Below are positions 24,070-37,308 of a stretch of 64,000 nt of DNA, in pieces; position 1 is the stretch's first letter, and every line of letters starts with the position of its first letter. The DNA comes from Octopus sinensis (lineage: Eukaryota). The DNA is taken from assembly GCF_006345805.1 (NCBI RefSeq), contig NC_043005.1, forward strand, positions 68,262,001-68,326,000, in the 5' to 3' direction. A model generated the notes under the pieces. It searched no databases, was not told the DNA's origin, and was given only the letters and a program-made list of their open reading frames with translations. The position numbers and the translations under genes were made by a program.

Positions 24070-24456
24070 CAATTGTTATTGTGTTTAAGAAATACCTCCA
24101 ACTTGAATTGTTTCTTGTTTAAGAATCATATAGTTTTGAAAATGACGTTTGATTTACAACAAATGCAAATCAGATTCAAATTATTGAGAACCAAACAAAG
24201 AACATAACAGAATCTTTTTTAAGTGTAACAAATACCAACAGTTGGCAAAAGAATTATCATTGGTAGGACACTGGCATTGATTAACAAATCCATTTTAAAT
24301 ATACATTTACAAAATCAATTCCATTTAATAAGAAACGAGACCATTTACAAAGTTGTAATTGAAGCGAAATACTTAACTAACGGTAAGGTACTGACGATAT
24401 TCATATAAGGAAGCTTTCAACTCAATAATAAAAATAATAATAATAATAATAATAAT

Positions 24457-25003
24457 GCCCTGATGCAGTACCAGGCAGTGGCTCTCATGGCTTCTGATCT
24501 TAACTGATTGGAAGTGTTATCATGTACATTGTTTTGTCTTGGTATAAAAGATGGGCTACAGCAAATATTCTGCTCAATACCACAGATTCGCTTGTCAGTT
24601 GTTTGACCTTAACTAGTTGAGCATGTCCCTTAGTGACTGACGATATGTGCATCTCGAGCAGAAGTAGTGGGGGAGCATCATAGCCATGTGTTGAGAAGGA
24701 TTCTTTGGGGTTTGAATAATTCACCTCTGGAAACATGGGTGTTTCATTCAACATCCTTAAACAATCTTTATTCAGGGACCTTTTGAGCGGGATGGGTTCC
24801 TCGACCAGAAGAAAATTCTAACTAGGCCCCACCTGCAAGGTCATGTGCTATTTATCTTGATATGAGATCTCCATGTCGTGCACATATGGTTGGGATGCAT
24901 GTGACTGGTGTACCCTTATCAGACGGGTAGTCATGATGGGTATACTGGTCTTCGTATATTTTACCCCAGTGTCACTTTGATGGTATGCACTGCTCTCTCA
25001 CTC
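24457..25003. mobile_element. ~550-bp non-coding element embedded in (AAT)n
   Basis: Sequence flanked by (AAT)n on both sides; ctcaataata marks both junctions; no long ORF. Confidence 0.55.
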
Positions 25004-25016
25004 AATAATAATGATG

Positions 25017-25078
<62 letters not shown>

Positions 25079-25250
25079 TAAATTTGGATGAAAGACAGAA
25101 AATAAAATGAGTAAATTGTAAAATGGTCATTATTACTTCATATAAAATCTAACTACTCAGTGATTACCAACCGACAGAACATAATAGTTTCCAATTATAG
25201 CAGAATTGATACCTTTTAATCGAAATTAATTTGTTATTTTGTTGAAACTT

Positions 25251-26532
25251 TTAGGTTGTCAAGAAAGTTCTTGTAGAATTTTTAATTTTGGTTTTAAATG
25301 ATATATTTTCAAATTAATTCTCGTCAAATTACCTTGACTTTATATATCATTTTAAAGCCCGATGTTTGCTCTATCTAAACGTGTTACTCTTTCTTTTTGA
25401 ATAATTAGGCCATTTTTTCCGGAACGTTGAATACGACATGAACAAAAAGCAAATTCGTACAATTTTCTTATTCCAGTTCAAGCTAGGCCGAAAAGCTGCT
25501 GAAACAGCACGCGATATCAGCGATGTGTTTGGCCCAAGAACCACTAATGAATGTATAGCACAATGGTGGTTCAAGAAATCTCGTAGCGGTGGCGAGAGTC
25601 TTGAAGATGATAAGCGTAGTGGTCGGCCATCGGATGTTGAAAACGATCAGCTAAGAACCTTAGTGGAAGCCAATCCACGCACAACTGTTCGAAAGCTTGC
25701 TTCTGAATTAGACGTAACGTACACGACAATTTCCAACCGTTTGAAAGAGATTGGAAAAACAAGAATACTTGAGAAATGGGTGCCGCACGAATTGAACGAC
25801 AACCCCCCCAAAACGCCGTTTTGAAGTGTCGCCTTCCCTTCTTTTACTCAACAAGAACGACCCATTTCTTGACCGGACTGTGACTTGCGATGATAAGTGG
25901 ATTCTTTACGACAACCGGTGACGTTCAGGTCAGTGGTTGGACGCTGACGAAGCTCCACGGCACTTCCAGAAGCCAAATTTGCACCAAAAGAAGATAATGG
26001 TGACTGTTTTGTGGTCTGCAGCCGGTCTCATCTATCACAGCTTTTTGGATGCAGGCGAAATCATTACGGCGGAGAAGTACTGTCAGCAAATGAATGAAAT
26101 GCATAAGAAACTCCGACAACAGCCAGCATTGATCAATAGAAAAGGACCAATTCTTCTCCACGACAACGGTCGGCCGCACGTCGCACAACTGACCCTGCAA
26201 AAGTCCAACGAATTGGGTTACGAAACTCTGCCTTATCCGCCATACTCACCAAAACTTTCACCTACCGATCACCACTTTTCCAAGCATCTCGACAACCTCC
26301 TGCGTGAGGAATGCTTCAAAAACCAAGACGATGCCAAACGCGATTTCAATGACTTCATCGCCACTAGAACGCAGGATTTTCACGCTTCTGGCTTAAATAA
26401 ACTTGTTTCACGTTGGCAAAAGTGTGTTGATTCTGATGGTGTATATTTCGATTAATAAAGTTTCATTTGTGCCGAGATATGTGCATCTGAATTTAAAGGC
26501 TAAGAACCGCAAGAACTTTTTTGAAAACCTAA
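25251..26532 (+). mobile_element. Full-length mariner transposon (1282 bp)
   Basis: TIRs ttaggttgtcaagaaagttcttg (25251-) and caagaacttttttgaaaacctaa (26510-26532), 2 mismatches in 23 bp. TA follows the right end. Confidence 0.92.
25438..26455 (+). pseudogene. mariner D,D34D transposase, disrupted
   Basis: MNKKQIRTIFLFQFKLGRKAAETA HTH, WVPHEL, TCDDKWILYDN, LLHDNGRPH, YSPKLSPTDHH. Frameshift near 25805 and in-frame TGA near 25919. Confidence 0.93.
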
Positions 26533-27129
26533 TATAATTGAACCGACATAGAAAACCTCTATGGCTCACTGGACCTGTTAGAAACAACAGCTAAATTGTC
26601 TGTCAAATGACAGCTAACTTCCGAAATAAAAGGTAGTTCCTGATATCCAAAAGGACACGCTGGTCCTGACAGGAACCATTTTGATAATAGATTTACACGA
26701 TCAGTGTTTTCTGTGCTAAACACCAACAGCAAGAACTTGCTGAAGTGGTAAAAGCTATTACTTGGAATAACTAATCAGAGGCTCCGTAACAACAATACCG
26801 CTAGCATCTGTCAGAGTGGCCGTTTATTTATCTACATACTCACTTACTTACCATAACCTTACTTTAAGACATTTAATTTGAACACGACTGTATGTATGCC
26901 CGAGAGGCTGCTTATTAGTTCTTTCTTTTACACAAGATATATATCTACTTTATACATAATAATTAAATACGCCGTTAGAGAACTGTTGACCGTGAAATTG
27001 GCCAACAGACGAGAAAACCTGGTAAATAAAATATTTGATCATCTACTCACATACATACGTGCATACATACATACATACATACATACATACTTGCATATAA
27101 GTATATATATATATATATATATATATATT

Positions 27130-27340
27130 AGTTAATCCAAACATGAAAACACAAAGAGAAAACACAACAACACGAGGACGTGGAACAAGTATTGTGTTAT
27201 TGGACGTTCAGGAAAGGAAAGAAAGAAAGAGGATTTAACGTTTCGAGTCGAGCTCTTCGTCAGAAACATAGGAAAAGGAAAGAGCCAAGGGAGAGAAGAC
27301 GAAGGAAAAAAATCGCCAACGATACACATGCGGTCACATA

Positions 27341-27371
<31 letters not shown>

Positions 27372-27584
27372 ATATTAGTTAATCCAAACATGAAAACACA
27401 AAGAGAAAACACAACAACACGAGGACGTGGAACAAGTATTGTGTTATTGGACGTTCAGGAAAGGAAAGAAAGAAAGAGGATTTAACGTTTCGAGTCGAGC
27501 TCTTCGTCAGAAACATAGGAAAAGGAAAGAGCCAAGGGAGAGAAGACGAAGGAAAAAAATCGCCAACGATACACATGCGGTCAC

Positions 27585-27590
<6 letters not shown>
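27130..27590 (-). mobile_element. Tandem dimer (period 247 bp) of a ~215-bp hammerhead-bearing element, units separated and flanked by (TA)n
   Basis: Two apparently identical units. Hammerheads at 27233-27267 and 27480-27514: GUUU-CUGACGA-A-GAG-cucga-CUC-GAA-ACGU-U-AAAU. Confidence 0.85.
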
Positions 27591-27631
<41 letters not shown>

Positions 27632-27829
27632 CATAGAAGGGACAAACAAGGACAGACATAGGTATTAAGTCGATTACATCGGCCCCATATATATATATAT
27701 ATATATATGTATATTTCTTTTATGTGAACTGGCCATACAAATACCCTGAAACTAGATAAATGAATTGTACCTGACAAAGCAGGAGCAGAATTACTATTTC
27801 ATGTGATGGGTGAATTTTTCCTAAGCTGT

Positions 27830-28500
27830 CTTGTGCTTGAGTCAACATGACAAGACAAAACTACCCTGGACCTGATATTAAAGCAAAGACACTAGCTTCA
27901 TCCGTCGGATTTCAGTTGAAAAACTCTCCTCTCTGACCACGATATGGTACTCGGCAACCTTTGTTTCCGGCATTACAATGCTAAACCAGTCTCTCCTTCG
28001 ACTCAGTGTACCTGTTCGATAACATCAATCTTTGCAAAGCAAACTCGGGAGCAATTAAAAAAAGATCTGTCACTTATCGACTGGTCGTTCACTAACAGTT
28101 CGTCTGATACTGAAACAGCATGGCGGCGCTTTGAGAACACTCTAACTTTTACATGCTCAAAGCATGCTTCTACGAAACTCACAAGCACTAGTAGAAATAG
28201 GCTCCCAAAATAGAAAAAAACCCCACTTATCTGAAGAATCAAAAGACTTTTAAAAAAATCAACCATAAAAAATTTCATCAACAGCATCCATATACAACAG
28301 CAATAAGAAGGTTTGTGTTGGAAAAATAGCATTTGCAGATCAGCATGGAAACCCACATCGACAACCAAAGAGCTGGAGAGAAAAACTGTGTAGTCAAAAA
28401 AATCAAATAGAATTGAAGCGTCCTATTCATATGCCAAAAAGCAGAAGACCACTGTTTCACCCGCTCGTCCACAGAGAGATGATAACTGCATTTTCCACCA
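27830..28500 (+). pseudogene. CR1/L2-group LINE ORF2 fragment (AP-endonuclease C-terminus and linker)
   Basis: DKTTLDLIL...SDHDMV...LKKDLSLIDWSF...DTETAWRRFENTL. Stops and frameshifts present. Confidence 0.65.
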
Positions 28501-28554
28501 TGACACAAAAGGAATGACAGAAGTACTTCAGAAACAGTATTGCTCTGTTAGTAT

Positions 28555-28886
28555 AAGGCGGCGAGCTGGCAGAAACGTTAGCACGCTAGGCGAAATGTTT
28601 AGCGGTATTTCGTCTGCCGTTATGTTCTGAGTTCAAATTCCGCCGAGGTCGACTTTGCCTTTCATCCTTTCGGGGTCGATAAATTAAGCACCAGTTATGC
28701 ACTGGGGTTGAAATATAATCGACTTAATCCGTTTGTCTGTCCTTGTTTGTCCTCTCTGTGTTTAGCCCCTTGTGGGTAATAAAGAAATGGGTATTTCGTC
28801 TGCCGCTACGTTCTGAGTTCAAATTCCACCGAGGTCGACTTTGTCTTTCATCCTTTCGGGGTCGATTAAATAAGTACCAGTTACGC
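28555..28886 (+). mobile_element. SINE family B: full monomer plus partial second unit
   Basis: Junction aaagaaatgggtatttcgtctgccgc at ~28780-28805. Confidence 0.85.
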
Positions 28887-29096
28887 AGAAGTGTGACGAA
28901 AGAACTCTGGCCAAAATAAGATTAAGATTAAGATTAATGTTAAAAATAAATAAAGCTGAAGCAAATTAACACCAAATATATAGTGCGTGTGTTTTTATTG
29001 GCTAAACTGGCAAAATGACCATTTCTAAATACAACAACATCTGTTTCAACACACGATTTCACATCAAGAATCTTGCAAAACAAATATATAAACGTA

Positions 29097-29130
<34 letters not shown>

Positions 29131-31694
29131 GGCTACATACACAGAGGCATATTTACTCGTAAATAAACACATACAACAATGGAAAAACACACACGCACAA
29201 ACACAATATAGAATATATATGTATAATAAATACTCTATTCTATTAAACCCAAATTTGTTTCACAAACGCAAAAGTTAAAAAATACTGACTTTTGGCAAGA
29301 CACTTCACTCTTTTGCAACGACCAATGAACCAACAGTTTGCAATTATAAAGAGTATTTACAGTGTTAGAAAAAGCGTGGTGAAAAGGCCGCAGCAACATT
29401 TAAATTTAATACTTAATATACTATATTTTATCTCAGGCTATCACAGTTTATCATTTCTATGACAAACGCTCTGTAAATGAAACCATTGAGTTAACTGTTG
29501 CCAAACATGATGTGTATGGGTCACTGCCAGATATCTTCCTCTCCTACCTATACACCCAACACCATTCCTCCCCCCCCCCGAAGCTATCTATGCAACAATT
29601 AGTAATGTGTGCACCCATTTAAAAAAATTGATTTTATGGGCAAAAGAATTCGTTCTAAACGAAACAACGTGTGTGTCTATACCCGTTTATGTACGCACGC
29701 GTGTATATATATATATATAGAACGTTATTCATATATGTATATGCATTATCGGAAAATTCCGTGGCAGTTCGAAGGGGAAAGTTCAGTATATATGTGCGTT
29801 TACATGCTTATATGCATAATACAATGTATAATATTTTCGTGTGCTTTGTGTGTGTGTGTGTATGAGCGTACATCAATTTTATGTCAGTGTAAAGTAATAA
29901 AAATGGAAAACAGTGAGATTTCAATTTTTACAAGGAACAAAATAAATGTTATAAGAATTATTGATTTTTCCATCTCTATCTTCATCTTCTCTATTTTTCT
30001 GACCTCAGCCATTCTGCTATCTTCATTTCACCTCCTTTCACTAGACTTTCCTTGTCATTCTTTCCTGTTCTTTTTGAAATGCCCTTGAGAAAAGCACAAA
30101 TGTCACATGGTCTTGTCCCCCACATGTAAATATGTGACCTTGCGTGTTTTATATAACAAACCAGCATTTCTTATAAAATAAACAATGTCTGTATTTCTTT
30201 TCAAAGAAATAAGTATTTATTTAGTTAGTTATTTATTCAGTTATTTTGCTTGGCAACAGAATAAATTTGAGATTAGATATTGCATAAGATACTATAAATC
30301 TCTGAACATTGAAACTTTGAGATAAAAGTTCTTAGTTCAAACAGGGCTAGCTAGGAATATGACATCTGAAGGCAATTGATGATCGGACTATTTAGAAAGG
30401 TATTTTATAACAAGCAAGGAAACACATTCACATATAAAATCACTACAAACACATACAAACATGTCCAAACACACAAAAATGATACATAGACAATACATTC
30501 CTGTGCATACATACTAAAATCACTCAGATATGCACACTCTAAAACCTTCGTAAAATTATATTAACACTTCAGAAAATTGAAATTCATGTAGCAAATAATA
30601 TTGATAATTTTAAATTTTCTAATCTATAAACTATTTTAATGTTTATTTTCCTGCATCTTTGTGTGTATATTTGCTTGTGTGCATATCGATATTAACTATT
30701 AAAATTTTTATTTCACAGTCATGGTTTTAAGGGGAATGCGCCTGAGCGGCGCTTCGGGAAAATCTCTTCTATCATAGCGTCAAGTTGCTTAAAGCCTTGA
30801 ATGAAAAGAAAGAAAAGAAACACGTTAGACAAATACTAATAGGATGACTCACAGGAAGTATAACAATGTTTTAGCACAATTTTTCACATCAAGATCTTTG
30901 TAAAATAAATACACAAAAGATCCCACATGAACGTATATATGTGTGTGTGTATGTGTGTGTTCGGTTATCCACACGTGCGGGCTGAACAAAATTGTGCATC
31001 GGAAAATATGTAGTAATATTTCAACATCATTTGTGGGCAAACATTTTGGTATAGGATTAATAAACTGAAAACGGATAAGCTTCGTTGTTGTTATCGTCCA
31101 ATATTTATACAACATATAACATAGAAAAATATTTAGCATATATTTCGTCTGCTGCTAATGTATTTCTGTTTTTTTAACACTATACGTCTATGAGAGATGC
31201 TTTCTCGAAACCAATATTTCAGTTTAGAAGGCTTTCAGCACTATACATGCTTTAAGAATGATATACAGACCTCTAATATGAACTGGTACTGTTTCCGTTG
31301 CTCACAAGGAATATATTATAAATTTTAACTAAATTACACTTCTGAAATTAATCATCTCATTAACCTCTCTGTTACTCAACCGACTGATTCTCTCGATTGA
31401 TTCGCCATACTGGGATGTTTACTACTCCTCTTCTACATTAATTACGTTAAATATTTTCTGTATGATATTCTATTTATCCATTCACGATTTTATCTAATAA
31501 TGTCTAAATTTTGTAATTTTATTTCGGCTTTGAGCCTCAATTCATTCGAAATAATCATTTGCACGTAGGCAACTATAGTTAGCTATGATTTATCACCCTT
31601 GTCTCATTCATTATCAATTATTGCTGACTTAATGTTTAATTTACGTTCTAGCTCTCTGTGGCCTGGATCTGTCAAAGGCGTGATTTTATTTTTT

Positions 31695-31860
31695 GAGCTA
31701 TCTTAATTCTCATAAATTATGTTGGAGTTTACTCCGGTCTTCTTCCTTGATAATTTTCTTAAGTTTGGAGTCACCTGCGAATATTCTTACTTTGCTGTGC
31801 TTGATGACGCTTGAAATGTCGTTTATATTGACTATAAAGAGAATTGTTGTAACAACACTG
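31695..31860 (-). pseudogene. CR1-like RT fragment
   Basis: FIVNINDISSVIKHSKVRIFAGDSKLKKIIKEEDRSKLQHNL, like FLIYINDL...LFADDTKL...D...LQxDL. Confidence 0.65.
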
Positions 31861-34634
31861 TTAATTATTTTAAAGTAGCAAAATTCAACCCCGTTGTAAA
31901 TTTATCCATTTCGATATTGTAAAGTACTACAGAGCCATTTGTCGAAGTTCTAGAATTCAGGAAAATATATACAACTCTAACCGACTCTGGTATTAATGTA
32001 ATGATAGATGTGAGGAAATCATTTGGATTTCATGATAATTCATTCTAGCTCAAAAAGCCAGAAGTGAGATTTTTCGATAAAGTTGTGAGAAGCTGCGATG
32101 ACGCGTAAATTACAGAGGGAAATAATTATACATACATAAATACATACATATATACATACATATGTGTATGAATGTATGAATTTGGATTTGTACTACTTAC
32201 ATTGAAAAATAGAATAGAATAGAATTTCATCAATATAGTATCATATAGCGATGATGAACACGCTTTAGACGTCAGTATAACCTGATATAAACTTTCAAAC
32301 ATTAATACATACAGTTTAGTATAAAAATCATAATAAGTACTAAATAAATTTCTAAGACATAATACTGAATCGGTAAACGGATAAATGTACATCATATGGG
32401 GAAAGAAAATACTGAAGCTACAAACATTTATGAAGGTTCTAACAATTCACCCACAATTATTAGACACGTCACAGAAAATATTAATATATGAGTTTCAATC
32501 TCAGCAGATTAGGAAATATTTAATAAAGCTATTCCACGTACAACGGAGCGACAAAAAGAAGTGGTTTGAATGGTAAGCTAAATTATATAGAGCAATCACC
32601 AAAAAAAAAACAAAAAAAAAAACAAAACATGAAACAGTGAAATAGGAAAATAATATAGTATAATCCTCCATGGATTGTAAATGTGTCTACGAATATAACA
32701 AGCAGTCTCCTAATTTCGATATTTTCACAATTGTCAGTGTTACATACGTCACAAAAAAAAAGTAATTCTGTTGAGGTCGGCTTTAGTTGTATAGGTGGTA
32801 CAAATTTATGACTATAATAAAATCCTGAAAACTACTACACAATTACCACACTCTGAATGTAGTTGTAGAAATATAGTTAATTGTTTTCTCAGCTATAAAT
32901 GTCCATTCAAGGAGCTAGTATATTGAGTCAATTTAGAAGCTAAAGATGACGGGAAAAAATGTATTTTGGTTACGAAAATCTTATTCAAACTGGATATGTA
33001 CAACACATCATTTAAATTAGATATAAAACAAAGGACGACTTAATTTAATTTTCAAAATCCCTTTGATATCTGAAAAACAAGAAGACAGGAGAGTGTACGT
33101 GTAGAATGGTATGAAAATTAGCTGCAAAAACAAAAGTATATATTGGCTATGGACATAATTGCTACATCTGCACTCTAATATTTTATGCATATTCTTGCTC
33201 CATTTCCACTCTACTCCAATTACTAACAGGTTTAGTACCTAAATTCCGAGACCGCTACTGTCATATTCGTCAAACCGAGCATGCTGCACAAGAAATGATA
33301 TTGCGTTGTAACTGAGTCAAAGCACACAATTCGTCCTTACTTACCATACGTCAGCTGTATATGGAGTATTCACACCATTTTACCATGTAGATGAGTTACA
33401 TGCAGATCATGAAGATGTGCTCCTCATTTCTTACGAAAGCGAGAATGTAAGTGCAGTTCCTTACACTCAGGTATTTTTCTAATGAGCTATTTATATACTT
33501 AATCTTCAAACTTTTAAGCCCGTAATATAGTATTCGATAAAGGGATTACAACTACACGTTGAAGAAAGCAACTCTTTAACGCAACTTAAGCGGTTCATTA
33601 TTCTGTATAAGCAGAACATTGTCATTATTTGTTATTGGAATTTCAATTTTCTGAAGTGTTAATATAATTTTACGAGGGTTTTTGAGCGTGCGTATCTGTG
33701 AGATTTTAGTACGTAAGCACAGGTGTATATTATCTATGTATACATTTTTGTGTATTTGGATATGTTTGCGTATGTTTGTGGGGTTATTATGTGTGAATGT
33801 GTTTCCTTGTTTGGTATAAAATGCCTTTCTAATAGTCCATTCGTAGTATAAATGTATTGTACCAATTTATTGAGATCAGTTATACGCAGATGGTGTAGCG
33901 AAGAGTCTCATTTTCTTAAAATTCCATTAGGTAAGTTGCATCAAACGTTGACGAAAACTCATATCTAAATCAACATGTAACAAATTAACGGTCGGGTTTG
34001 ATTTTTAGACTAAAAATTAAATGTAACAGAACGGTGAGGAGAAGAATTTGATTATTCGAACTAATCATTTTATATGTGCGAGTCATGAAATGAAAAACTT
34101 ATCACTGAAACATAGTTTACAACATATGTTCCAAAGGAGAGATCTGTGTTTTTATGGTAAAGTTTTTTTCTTCTAGAATAAACCATTTTATCTTGAACGT
34201 GACTAATTTAGATTCTGAAACAAACAAAATTATTTGGATAATTTTTTTTAGATGTTTAAAAGCACGAATATGCTAGTAAGGTGCGCCTTGCAATAATTTT
34301 CAGTTAATCAGAGATTTATACACAACCTACAGTGTTATTACACTTTAGTATAATAAATGAATTCTGGATTGGAGTATTAGAATTCCAAGTAGAGAGTGTC
34401 AGTTTTATTGACGTTCGAAAGGGTTTTGATTTGAAATGGTTAACTGAGTTAGCCATATTTTTACAGCAAGAACAGTTAACTTTAAAGTAGTGTATTTTCT
34501 AGGGGCCATATATCTATGGTTCCTTGTGGAAATGAAAACATTAAATTTAGGAGACCTTTGGGAATATTTGTTCTCGAATTTAAGCTGAAAGTTGGGTTAT
34601 AGCGCACTATATTCTAAGTCTATGCTTACATTCT

Positions 34635-34866
34635 TATTTCTTTATTGTCCACAAGGAGCTAAACATAGAGGGGACAAACAAGGACAGACAAAGGGATAAA
34701 GTCGATTACATCGACCCAGGGGCGTAACTGATACTTAATTTATCGACTCCGAAAGGATGAAAGGCAAAGGCGATCTCGGCGGAATTTGAACTCAGAATGT
34801 AACGGCAGACGAAATACTGCTAAGCATTTCGCCCGCCGTCGTTAACGTTTCTGCCAGCTCGTCTAT
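34635..34866 (-). mobile_element. SINE family B with 10-bp TSD
   Basis: TSD cttacattct at 34625-34634 and 34867-34876. Confidence 0.85.
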
Positions 34867-35904
34867 TCTTACATTCTGTGATGCTCGAGTGGGTAATATA
34901 TTGAATCTTATCGAAGAAACCACTAATGAGAAAGGCCTCATTACAGCATTGAAAAACTTCAAGGATGAAGGAATACGTTTATTAATATTGATTTCAAATT
35001 TTGGCTCAAGTCCAGCAATTTCGAGGGGAGGGGGTTAAGTTGGTTACATTGATCTTATTGCTTAACTGGTACTTACTTTATCGACTTCTTAAGGACGAAA
35101 AGCAAAGTCAACCTCTGTGGAATAAGAACTGAGAACCAAAACATTTCGCTCGGCATGTTAATGATTCAATCAGCTCACCCTTTTACTTTAATCCGTTTAT
35201 TTATATACATTTTTGCTTTAGGAACAAGGCCTGAAATTTTGGGAGAAGGGTTTAATTGATTACATCGACCCCAGTGTGTAACTGGTACTTATTCTAGCAA
35301 CCCCCGAAAGGATGAAAGGTAAAGTCGACCTTAATGTGTCTATTAGTATTAAGGATTAAATACTGTAGAATATTGCTCAGGTGATTCGAATTTTATTGGG
35401 CTTTTCATTGAGGGCAACACTTATTTGTAATGAAGCTTAAAGTAATATTTAGAAAATTAACTACATTAAAATTAGTACCAGCTTTAATTCTTAACCCTAT
35501 TTCCATAAATATTTTTTTGGGAATTTTCCTAAATCTATCAAATTCATGACCATTCTTGTGTGCGACTAAAAGCTTGTCATATCCCTAAAGACATCCTCTC
35601 ATTATACATTTTTTTATGCGAAAGGTTTTAATAATAAATTCCACTAATTTCGCAGACTTCAGTCCTATCACATGCAGACATCAAACAATTTGTTTTTATG
35701 ACTGTTTTTATGACCTAGGATGAATTAAAAAAGCAAAAAGAAAAACATGAATTTTCCTGCGTGCATAATTATTTTGATATCATATTCATTGATTAGTATG
35801 ATGCGAAAGCAAACAACATTAGGAAATGTGGTTATTGAAGGTAAAATTTTGTAGGACCAAATTGGGTAATGAAGCTTGTCGCTAATACTGGTAGACCCTT
35901 TTGT

Positions 35905-36190
35905 GAAGGTGTGTGGTTAGGGTATTCGGCTCACAATTTGAAGGTAGTGAGTTTGATACCTCGTAGCACGTAGTGTGCCCGAGCAAGACACTTTATTTCA
36001 CGTTGCTCCAGTCCAATCAGCTAGAAAAAATAAGTTGTATCTGAAATTCAAAGGGCCAGCCTTGTCATTCTCCGTGTCATGCTGAATCTCCCTGAGAACT
36101 ACGTTAAGGACACGAGTATCTCTGGAGTGTTCAGCTACTTGCACATTAATTCCAGGAATCCTTTGATTGGATCAACTGGAACCCTCAGCA
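35905..36190 (+). mobile_element. SINE family C with long tail
   Basis: gtgtggttagggtattcggctcac...gagcaagacactttatttcacgttgctccag...gctgaatctccctgagaactacg. The tail also occurs reversed at ~7866-8020. Confidence 0.7.
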
Positions 36191-36891
36191 GTGGGAGTCA
36201 CGTTATATTTTTTTTTTAATTAAAAGTGTAAGTGAATGTAGGACATACATATTATTTCCATTATTAGCTTGTGTTTAAGATTACTAGAAAAATTAGATTT
36301 ATGATCATTAATAATGTTTTGTCAATAATAAGTTCTGTGTGAGGTTCTAAATATTCTGCCCTGTTTTAAGGTTAATGGTTATATCTATATATGCTTTAGG
36401 GTTGATGGATCTATCTATATAGGCCATCCCTCTCCACGCCCAATGCTTATTACTTATGTTCGTTTTAGCGTTATTTTCTGCGTTTTTATTAACGGAAATA
36501 TTGTTGCTTTATCGGTAAATATTCCCAATACTCAAGAGATTTAGATTTTCCCTCATCCTCCGAAAGAATAATTTGGCTCCTGCTAGTATCTGCAAATATC
36601 TCTCCAGTAGCCATATTGAAATGAAATTCTGATTTAAAGTCAGAAATATTAAAAAAAAAACAAAAAAAAACTGAAATTTATTCCTTAAATGTATGCAAAA
36701 ATTAAATTTAAAATATATAAATAAATAAAATAAACTGCTCTATCTTGCACGAAAAAATTAGTAAACAAGCCAAATCGGGAACTGCTTCAGGGCATGTCAT
36801 GCTGAGGTAAGACGAATTTTAACTTATGCACGAGATCATAAACAAGAGACGATTACATCAATCCCAGTATTTGACTGGTACTATTTTATCA

Positions 36892-37308
36892 AAGGCGGTG
36901 AGCTGGCAGAAACATTAGCACGCTGGGCGAAATGCTTTGTGGTATTTCGTCTGCCGCTACGTTCTGAGTTCAAATTCCGCCCAGGTCGACTTTGCATTTC
37001 ATCCTTTCGGGGTCGATTAAATAAGTACCAGTTATGCACTGGGGTCGATGTAATCGACTTGATCCGTTTGTCTGTCCGTGTTTGTCCCCTCTGTGTGTAG
37101 CCCCTTGTGGGCAGTAAAGAAATAGGTATTTCGTCTGCCGCTACGTTCTGAGTTCAAATTCCGCCGAGGTCGACTTTGCCTTTCATCCTTTCGGAGTCGA
37201 TTAAATAAGTACCAGTTACGCACTGGGGTCGATATAATCGACTTAATCCGTTTGTCTGTCCTTGTTTGTTCCATCTGTGTGTAGCCCTTTGTGGGCAGTA
37301 AAGAAATA
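36892..37308 (+). mobile_element. SINE family B dimer with a single 15-bp TSD pair
   Basis: TSD ggtactattttatca at 36877-36891 and 37309-37323. Internal junction aaagaaataggtatttcgtctgcc at ~37117-37140. Confidence 0.88.

Noticed and set aside
33270-33455. Possible exons near GTAAGT donors on both strands
   Set aside because: No recognisable peptide, and the minus-strand frames contain stops.
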